The notes under the pieces are model-generated. The model was not told the DNA's origin. It made no database searches and saw only the letters and a program-made list of their open reading frames with translations. Below, piece after piece: positions 57,818-64,000 of a stretch of DNA of 64,000 nucleotides. The translations under genes were made by a program, and so were the position numbers. Position 1 is the first letter of the stretch, and each line of letters begins with the position of its first letter. Source of the DNA: a bacterium (GTDB lineage Bacteria; SAR324; NAC60-12); assembly GCA_965233585.1 (NCBI GenBank), contig CBDDTI010000747.1, positions 928,001 through 992,000 on the forward strand, given 5' to 3'.

Positions 57818-59182
57818 TTAGGGACCAAATTCCCAAACATCGTTTTTTCTGCTACCAGCATCTCCTCCTAGCACCCAGATTTTGTTGTTGAACACGACGC
57901 TTGTGTGAGCAGCACGAGCAGACCAACCTGCTGAAGAAGTTTCTTTTGTCCAATTCTTACCATCAGAAGAACTCCAGACATCATTTTCCCTGCCACTATT
58001 ATCAACTCCTCCCAGCACCCAAATTTTGTTGTTGAACGCAACGCTTGCGTGAGAATTCCTACCAGACCAACCTGAAGAAGTCTCTTTTGTCCAATTCTTA
58101 CCATCAGAAGAACTCCAGACATCGTTTTTTCTGCCACCACCATTTCCTGCTAGCACCCAGATTTTGTGATTGAACACGATGCTTCTGTGATACGCACGAG
58201 CAGACCAACCTGCTGAAGAAGTTTCTTTTGTCCAATTCTTACCATCAGAAGAACTCCAGACATCGTTTTTCATGCCACCAGCAAATCCTCCTAGCACCCA
58301 GATTTTGTGATTGAACACAACGCTTCTGTGTCCAGAACGAGCAGACCAACCTGCTGAAGAAGTTTCTTTTGTCCAATTCTTACCATCAGAAGAACTCCAG
58401 ACATCGTTTTTTCTGCCACCAGCACCTTCTCCTCCTAGCACCCAGATTTTGTTGTTGAACACGACGCTTGTGTGTTCCTCACGAGCAGACCAACCTGCTG
58501 AAGAAGTTTCTTTTGTCCAATTCTTGCCATCAGAAGAACTCCAGACATCGTCTTCGCTTGTAAATCTTCCTATAAATCCTCCTAGCACCCAGATTTTGTT
58601 GCTGAACACAACGCTTGTGTGAGAATCACGAGCAGACCAACTTGCTGAAGAGGCGACCCGTTTCCAAGTGTATTTGGAAATGTCAAGTCCGTCGCCACCT
58701 GCAGGTGAGTTCTGGCTTCCATTGACCACTGTAAAATTCCAGTTTGATTTTTTGCTCAAAATCTTAAACTTGAGCTGTCCCTTGCCTGTTGTGACTCCTG
58801 TTAACCTCAGTTTGGCTTGAAATTCTTCTTGTTTAGGTAAGGTGTAGGTGAGTTTTCCACTTTGCCCCGTTGTTTCTTCACCTGAGACGACCAGCTTCAA
58901 GGAAGTCAAACTTTCATCGTAAGTGATGTTTAATTTTTTGCCTTGATAAATTGATGTGGTAGTGCAAGTGAAATTGGCAACCAATTCTTGACCTGTTGAG
59001 ACAGAACTGTTTGAGCTGACCTCGCACGTGGCTTCACCTTTTTTGGTTTCTCCATCTTCCTGTTCTTCAGCAGGAGGTGTGCAACCCGCTAAGACCAGAA
59101 GTGTCAAGAAAACGATTATCTTGTCATAAAAAGCCCCCCCCCTGACAGCAGGGTTTTGAATGGATTTGAGTTGTTCTAGCAT
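57818..59182 (-). CDS. Kelch-like six-bladed beta-propeller lipoprotein, paralogue B
   Basis: Lipobox VLAGC; same architecture as paralogue A; G9 tract in the signal-peptide region. Confidence 0.85.
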   Translation of the reverse strand: MLEQLKSIQNPAVRGGAFYDKIIVFLTLLVLAGCTPPAEEQEDGETKKGEATCEVSSNSSVSTGQELVANFTCTTTSIYQGKKLNITYDESLTSLKLVVSGEETTGQSGKLTYTLPKQEEFQAKLRLTGVTTGKGQLKFKILSKKSNWNFTVVNGSQNSPAGGDGLDISKYTWKRVASSASWSARDSHTSVVFSNKIWVLGGFIGRFTSEDDVWSSSDGKNWTKETSSAGWSAREEHTSVVFNNKIWVLGGEGAGGRKNDVWSSSDGKNWTKETSSAGWSARSGHRSVVFNHKIWVLGGFAGGMKNDVWSSSDGKNWTKETSSAGWSARAYHRSIVFNHKIWVLAGNGGGRKNDVWSSSDGKNWTKETSSGWSGRNSHASVAFNNKIWVLGGVDNSGRENDVWSSSDGKNWTKETSSAGWSARAAHTSVVFNNKIWVLGGDAGSRKNDVWEFGP

Positions 59183-59243
59183 AAAAATCTCCTAAATCAT
59201 GGTTAAATCAGAATGAAAAAAAAGAAATAAAAGAGAGTTAAGG

Positions 59244-59273
59244 ATTTTAGCAGACCTTGAAAAACAAATGCAA
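59244..59273 (-). promoter_or_regulatory. Putative sigma70 promoter of paralogue B
   Basis: TTGCAT-N18-TAAAAT with extended TG. Confidence 0.5.
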
Positions 59274-59334
59274 CTTTTAAAATCGTTTTTTTTGATTATT
59301 TTTGATGAGTTGAGCAAAAAAGAAAGTCTGTAAA

Positions 59335-59545
59335 CGTCATCAGTCATTCTGTGCCTGACACGGAATCCATCTTAAACCAAGCATGGATTCCTACATGACT
59401 GGATTCCTGCTTTCGCAGGAATGATAAAAAACAAGCCTACAACGAAGAAAAGAAAAAGGGAAGAAGGAGAAAAAGAACTGAGATTGCGGGTCAAGCCCGC
59501 AATGACGGTTGTAGAGAGATTGCGGGTAAGGTGAGCAATGACTTA
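59335..59545 (-). repeat. GTCATT-family palindrome array
   Basis: gtcattctgtgcctgacacggaatc, ggattcctgctttcgcaggaatga, perfect gattgcgggtcaagcccgcaatgac at 59482. Confidence 0.9.
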
Positions 59546-59593
59546 AATACAAGCCATTGGGTGAGGAAAAAGAAGAAGGGAAAAAGACTTTTC

Positions 59594-59881
59594 TTAATAA
59601 AACTTGCTTAACATCACGCCCAACATGACGACATTCACAGCTAAAATCATGCCTAATACCCAGCGAGTTGAGTCTATCTTAGATTCTACCAAGTCTATTT
59701 TGGACTCAACCGAGTCTATTCTTGATTCTACTTTTGCTATGTCTGCTTGGGTTGCAATTTCTTCTTTCAAAGACTCATTGAGTGTTTGATTCAAAGTGTT
59801 TGCTTGGACTTCTGCTTGTTCTGCTGTGAAGCCTCCTGCAATCAAGGCTTTGGTATATGCAAGGGTGTCTATGGCAATCAT
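59594..59881 (-). CDS. CCDC90/DUF1640-like protein, copy 2 (one extra heptad)
   Basis: Near-identical to copies 1 and 3 with a 21-bp insertion (IDLVESK). Confidence 0.85.
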   Translation of the reverse strand: MIAIDTLAYTKALIAGGFTAEQAEVQANTLNQTLNESLKEEIATQADIAKVESRIDSVESKIDLVESKIDSTRWVLGMILAVNVVMLGVMLSKFY

Positions 59882-60009
59882 AAAGCTGTCAGTTTGTCAA
59901 GTCTAAAGACGCTATTTTAACACGATTCTCAAAAAAAGAAATCGGCATGACTTGAGCAAAAAATCAAAGAAACAAGCGGGTCAGTTTTTGAAAAATGAGA
60001 AGTTTAAGA

Positions 60010-60375
60010 CCTGAGGGTCAAGGTGAGCAATGACAGGGGAATGAGAAAAAGAGCAAACCGTCATTCCGTGCCTGACACGGAATCCATCGTCAACATCGCA
60101 TGGATTCTTGCTTTCGCAGGAATGACAAAGAAAAGAGTCAGAAATGACCAAATGCAAGACTGCAATCTCTCTTAGTCATTCGGTGCTTGACACGGAATCT
60201 ATCTTAAACCAAGCATGGATTCCTGCTTTCGCAGGAATGACAAAAGTTGTCATTTGGTGCTTGACACGGAGTCTCAAAAAATAAAAGAGAGATTGCGGGT
60301 CAAGCCCGCAATGACGGTTGTATAGAGATTGCGGGTCAAGGTCAGCAATGACGGAAGAACGGGGTGACCAATGAC
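60010..60375 (-). repeat. GTCATT-family palindrome array
   Basis: Several gtcatt..gtgc(c/t)tgacacggaatc, gattc.tgctttcgcaggaatgac and gattgcgggtcaag units. Confidence 0.9.
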
Positions 60376-60426
60376 CAAAACACAAGCCATTGGGTGGTGA
60401 AAAGGAAGAAGGGAAAAAGACTTTTC

Positions 60427-60693
60427 TTAATAAAACTTGCTTAACATCACGCCTAACATGACAACATTCACAGCTAAAATCATGCCTAATACCCAGCGAG
60501 TTGAGTCTATCTTAGACTCTACCGAGTCTATTCTTGATTCTACTTTTGCAATGTCCGCTTTGGTTGCAATTTCTTCTCTCAAAGCCTTATTGAGTGTTTG
60601 ATTCAAGGTGTTTGCTTGGACTTCTGCTTGTTCTGCTGTAAAGCCTCCTGCAATCAAGGCTTTGGTATATGCAAGGGTGTCTATGGCAATCAT
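60427..60693 (-). CDS. CCDC90/DUF1640-like protein, copy 3
   Basis: Near-identical to copy 1. Confidence 0.85.
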   Translation of the reverse strand: MIAIDTLAYTKALIAGGFTAEQAEVQANTLNQTLNKALREEIATKADIAKVESRIDSVESKIDSTRWVLGMILAVNVVMLGVMLSKFY

Positions 60694-60834
60694 AAGGCTG
60701 TCAATTTGTCAAGTCTAAAGATGCTATTTTAACACGATTCTCAAAAAAGGAAATCAGCATGACTTGAACAATCACGAAGAGAATCAAGCAGACGTTTCTT
60801 TTGAAATAATGGTTTTTTGGAAGAAGAAAGTTTG

Positions 60835-61180
60835 AGATTGCGGGTTAAACACGCAATGACATTTTTCAAGATGAGCAAAGTCCTGCCGTCATTCCGTGCT
60901 TCTGTTAGTCATTCCGTGCCTGACACGGAATCTATCACCAAACCAAGCACAGATTCCTGCTTTCGCAGAAATGACCAAATGCAAGACTGCAAACTTCACC
61001 GGTCATTCAGTGCTTGACACGGAATCCATCGTCAACATCGCATGGATTCCTGTTTTCGCAGGAATGACAACAGCGGTCGTTCCGTGCTTGACATGGAGTC
61101 TCAAAAAATAAAAGAGAGATTGCGGGTCAAGCCCGCAATGACGGTTGTAGTGAGATTGTGGGTTAAACCCGCAATGACTT
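60835..61180 (-). repeat. GTCATT-family palindrome array
   Basis: Same unit types as the neighbouring arrays. Confidence 0.9.
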
Positions 61181-61295
61181 AGAATCCAGCAAGTGATAAA
61201 AAGGAAGATTTGGTTTTGCGTAAGAAGAAACAACCCCGCTTGGTCATTCAAGCGAGGTGTTTTTTTAGAGAAGATGAATTGACGTGCGTCTGAAT

Positions 61296-62624
61296 TTAGG
61301 GACCAAATTCCCAAACATCGTTTTTCGTGCCACCATCACTTCCTCCTAGCACCCAGATTTTGTCATTGAACACGATGCTTCTGTGAAACCAACGAGCAGA
61401 CCAACCTGCTGAAGAAGCTTCTTTTGTCCAATTCTTGCCATCAGAAGAACTCCAGACATCGTTTTCTCTGCTACCATCACCAAGTCCTCCTATGACCCAG
61501 ATTTTGTCATTGAACACGACGCTTGTGTGATACTGACGAACACCCCAACCTGCTGAAGAGGTTTCTTTTGTCCAATTCTTGCCATCAGAAGAACTCCAGA
61601 CATTGTTTGTGTTGCCACCATCAGTACCTCCCATGACCCAGATTTTGTGATTGAACACAACGCTTGTGTGTCCAGAACGACCAGACCAATCTGCTGCAGA
61701 AGTTTCTTTTGTCCAATTCTTACCATCAGAAGAACTCCAGACATCGTTTTTGTTACTACCTCCTATGACCCAGATTTTGTGATTGAACACGACGCTTGTG
61801 TGTCCAGCACGAGCAGACCAACCTGCTGCAGAAGTTTCTTTTGTCCAATTCTTGCCATCAGAAGAACTCCAGACATCGTTTTTACTGTTACCATCAAAAC
61901 CTCCTATGACCCAGATTTTGTGATTGAACACGACGTTTGTGTGATGCCAACGAGCAGACCAACCTGCTGAAGAAGTTTCTTTTGTCCAATTCTTGCCATC
62001 AGAAGAACTCCAGACATCGTTTTTCGTGCCACCATCATCAAAACCTCCTATGACCCAGATTTTGCCATTGAACACGACGCTTGTGTGTGTAGAACGAGCA
62101 GACCAACCTGCTGAAGAGGTGACTTTTTTCCAAGTGTATTTGGAAATGTCAAGTCCGCTTCCATTAATCACTGTAAAAGCCCAGTTTGATTTTTTACTCA
62201 AGATTTTGAATTGCAGTTGACCTTTGCCTGCTGTGACTCCTGTGAGCTTCAGCTTGGCTTGAAATTCTTTTTTTCTAGGTAAAATGTAAGACAACTTTCC
62301 ACTTTGTCCAACTGTTTCTTTCTCTCCAACGACCAGCTTCAAAGACGTCAAACTTTCGTCATAGTCAATGTTGAGACGTTTGCCTTGATAAATTGTTGAT
62401 GTGGTGCAGGTGAGGTTGGCAACTAATTCTTGACCTGTTGAGACAGAACTGCCAGAGGAAACCTCGCACGTGGCATTACCTTTTTCGGTTTCTCCATCTT
62501 CCTGTTCTTCAGCAGGAGGCGTGCAACCTGCCAAGACCAGAAGTGTCAAGAAAACGATTATCTTGTCATAAAAAGCCCCCCCCCTGACAACAGGGTTTTG
62601 AATGGATTTGATTTGTTCCAACAT
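61296..62624 (-). CDS. Kelch-like six-bladed beta-propeller lipoprotein, paralogue C
   Basis: Lipobox VLAGC; same architecture; G9 tract in the signal-peptide region. Confidence 0.85.
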   Translation of the reverse strand: MLEQIKSIQNPVVRGGAFYDKIIVFLTLLVLAGCTPPAEEQEDGETEKGNATCEVSSGSSVSTGQELVANLTCTTSTIYQGKRLNIDYDESLTSLKLVVGEKETVGQSGKLSYILPRKKEFQAKLKLTGVTAGKGQLQFKILSKKSNWAFTVINGSGLDISKYTWKKVTSSAGWSARSTHTSVVFNGKIWVIGGFDDGGTKNDVWSSSDGKNWTKETSSAGWSARWHHTNVVFNHKIWVIGGFDGNSKNDVWSSSDGKNWTKETSAAGWSARAGHTSVVFNHKIWVIGGSNKNDVWSSSDGKNWTKETSAADWSGRSGHTSVVFNHKIWVMGGTDGGNTNNVWSSSDGKNWTKETSSAGWGVRQYHTSVVFNDKIWVIGGLGDGSRENDVWSSSDGKNWTKEASSAGWSARWFHRSIVFNDKIWVLGGSDGGTKNDVWEFGP

Positions 62625-62685
62625 AAAAAACTCCTAAATCATGGTTAAATCAGAATGAAAAAAAAGAAATAAACAAGAGTTAAGG

Positions 62686-62715
62686 ATTTTAGCAGACCTT
62701 TAAAAATAGATGCAA
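62686..62715 (-). promoter_or_regulatory. Putative sigma70 promoter of paralogue C
   Basis: TTGCAT-N18-TAAAAT with extended TG. Confidence 0.5.
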
Positions 62716-62828
62716 CTTGAAATTATAATTTTTGGTTTGTGAGAGATTTAAGAGTGGCTTGTATGGCATTGGGTTTAAGAGTCATGTTATTCTTTTAATC
62801 GTCATTTTAAAATTTATTTAAGGAGTCT

Positions 62829-63374
62829 GTGATGTTAAGTTCCATAGAGATTGCCAAAGAAATCATAGCAAGGAGTCAACCTGATTTGGGTCAGGTCATC
62901 TCCAATTTGAAGTTACAAAAGTTGCTTTATTATGCTCAAGGATTTTCATTGGCGATAGAGAAAAAGCCGCTCTTTTTAGAGGGTTTAGAAGCGTGGGAAT
63001 TGGGACCTGTCGTGCCAGATGTCTATCATCATTTTAAGAAATATGGACAATCTGCCATCTTGATTGATTATAAACCACAAAAGGTTGACCCGATTCTTGA
63101 TGCCATCAAAGAGACTTACATGCAGATTGACGCAATCAAGTTATTTCAAATGACTCACGAAGAATCACCTTGGCTGGACTCTTACCAAGAGGGTCAAAAT
63201 ACTCCCATCACCCATGAGTCTTTGCTAAATTTTTTTCAAAGTGAGTTTGCAATGAAAGATAAGTTTGTTGAGGTTTATATTGAACTCAAAGAAAAGCCTG
63301 TGTCTGTTGTTTTGCCAAACTATAAACCCGACTCTGAACGTATGAAAAAGATAGAATCTTATTTTGGAATATAA
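62829..63374 (+). CDS. Panacea-domain (DUF4065/SocA-like) antitoxin
   Basis: ISNLKLQKLLYYAQG...LF.E..EAWELGPVVPDVY...TH.E.PW; AGGAG RBS. Confidence 0.85.
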   Translation: MMLSSIEIAKEIIARSQPDLGQVISNLKLQKLLYYAQGFSLAIEKKPLFLEGLEAWELGPVVPDVYHHFKKYGQSAILIDYKPQKVDPILDAIKETYMQIDAIKLFQMTHEESPWLDSYQEGQNTPITHESLLNFFQSEFAMKDKFVEVYIELKEKPVSVVLPNYKPDSERMKKIESYFGI

Positions 63375-63663
63375 GACATCGCAAGACCATTATCTTTGTA
63401 AAAATGAGGCAAAAGTTTGTAAATTTTACCCACACACAGGAGCATTAGATTTTTTTAATTCTTTACCTGATGAAGAAAAGGATTTGTTATGTGATGTTTT
63501 TTGTTATTTACATCTTAAGTTTCAGTCCTTAAAACAAAGCAAACATTTACAAGCATTAGATACAGACTTGCAAATTTACCAGACAACCTATCAAAAATAT
63601 TGGATTAAGTTCAAGAAAAACCAATCCCTCCCTCTGACAGTCATTGAACTCAAGGCAATTTGA
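63364..63663 (+). CDS. Small hypothetical protein coupled to the Panacea gene, putative cognate toxin
   Basis: Overlaps the antitoxin stop; size and pattern loosely RelE/ParE-like. Confidence 0.45.
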   Translation: MEYKTSQDHYLCKNEAKVCKFYPHTGALDFFNSLPDEEKDLLCDVFCYLHLKFQSLKQSKHLQALDTDLQIYQTTYQKYWIKFKKNQSLPLTVIELKAI

Positions 63664-63759
63664 GAGACAATGACAGACAGTTCACAGGTGTTGACGCCTA
63701 ACTCAAGAATAAGAACTCCGCCAACATACTAGCCCAAAAAAGAAAAATGAAAAGAAGAG

Positions 63760-64000
63760 AGATTACGGGTCAAGCCTGCAATGACGGAAGAACAAGGTGA
63801 GCAAAGTCCTGCCGTCATTCCGTGCCTGAAACGGAATCTATCTTAAACCAAGCATGGATTCCTACATGACAGGATTCCTGCTTTCGCTCCGAATGACAAT
63901 AGTTGTCACTTGAGTGCTTGAGGCGGAATCCATCGTCAACATAGCATGGATTCGGAGCTTTTGCAGGAATGACAATAGTTGTCACTTGGGTGCTTGACAC
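63760..64000 (-). repeat. GTCATT-family palindrome array (continues past the window end)
   Basis: gattacgggtcaagcctgcaatgac; 84-bp composite at 63814-63897; further units to the end. Confidence 0.9.

Noticed and set aside
55069..60693. Prophage or filamentous phage suggested by the DUF1640-like genes
   Set aside because: No Zot/pI ATPase, replication, capsid, terminase or integrase genes nearby
55640..62624. Diversity-generating retroelement acting on the Kelch genes
   Set aside because: No reverse transcriptase or non-coding template repeat is in the window; variable codons (gcg, cag, atg, tgg, gaa, gga) do not fit AAY-templated adenine mutagenesis and the loops vary in length. A remote DGR cannot be fully excluded
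54950..64000. Classical integron with attC sites
   Set aside because: No integrase seen, the palindromes lack RYYYAAC...GTTRRRY ends, and the genes appear to have their own promoters; only the analogy is retained

Overview
Bacterial chromosomal window of moderate to low GC from a diderm organism; gene content and an Ig-like surface domain are compatible with a SAR324/deltaproteobacteria-like lineage, but this is tentative. A housekeeping core (ftsY 3' end, lpxL-like, tmk, pepA, aspS, trxB, queF, purL, coaX, glyS, gcvTHP, rsgA, argA, hemL, mutM, mqnC-like, mnmG) is interrupted by three accessory zones: about 5.0-7.0 kb, 11.5-18.0 kb and 54.9-64.0 kb. In these zones, genes for repeat-built surface lipoproteins and small coiled-coil proteins are flanked by arrays of short GTCATT...AATC palindromes. 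The 55-64 kb zone stands out. It holds three paralogous lipoproteins with six near-identical 47-aa Kelch-like blades, hypervariable at a diresidue (R-xx-H) and at one loop. Blade variants appear shuffled between paralogues and two copies carry a G9 tract in the signal-peptide region. These genes alternate with four CCDC90/DUF1640-like genes and with palindrome arrays containing apparently chimeric half-sites, and a Panacea-type toxin-antitoxin pair lies near the end. This looks like a candidate surface-receptor diversification cassette array; no recombinase or reverse transcriptase is encoded in the window. Two IS1-family elements are present: one is decayed, the other truncates a probable restriction endonuclease gene. 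No rRNA, tRNA or CRISPR array was recognised.
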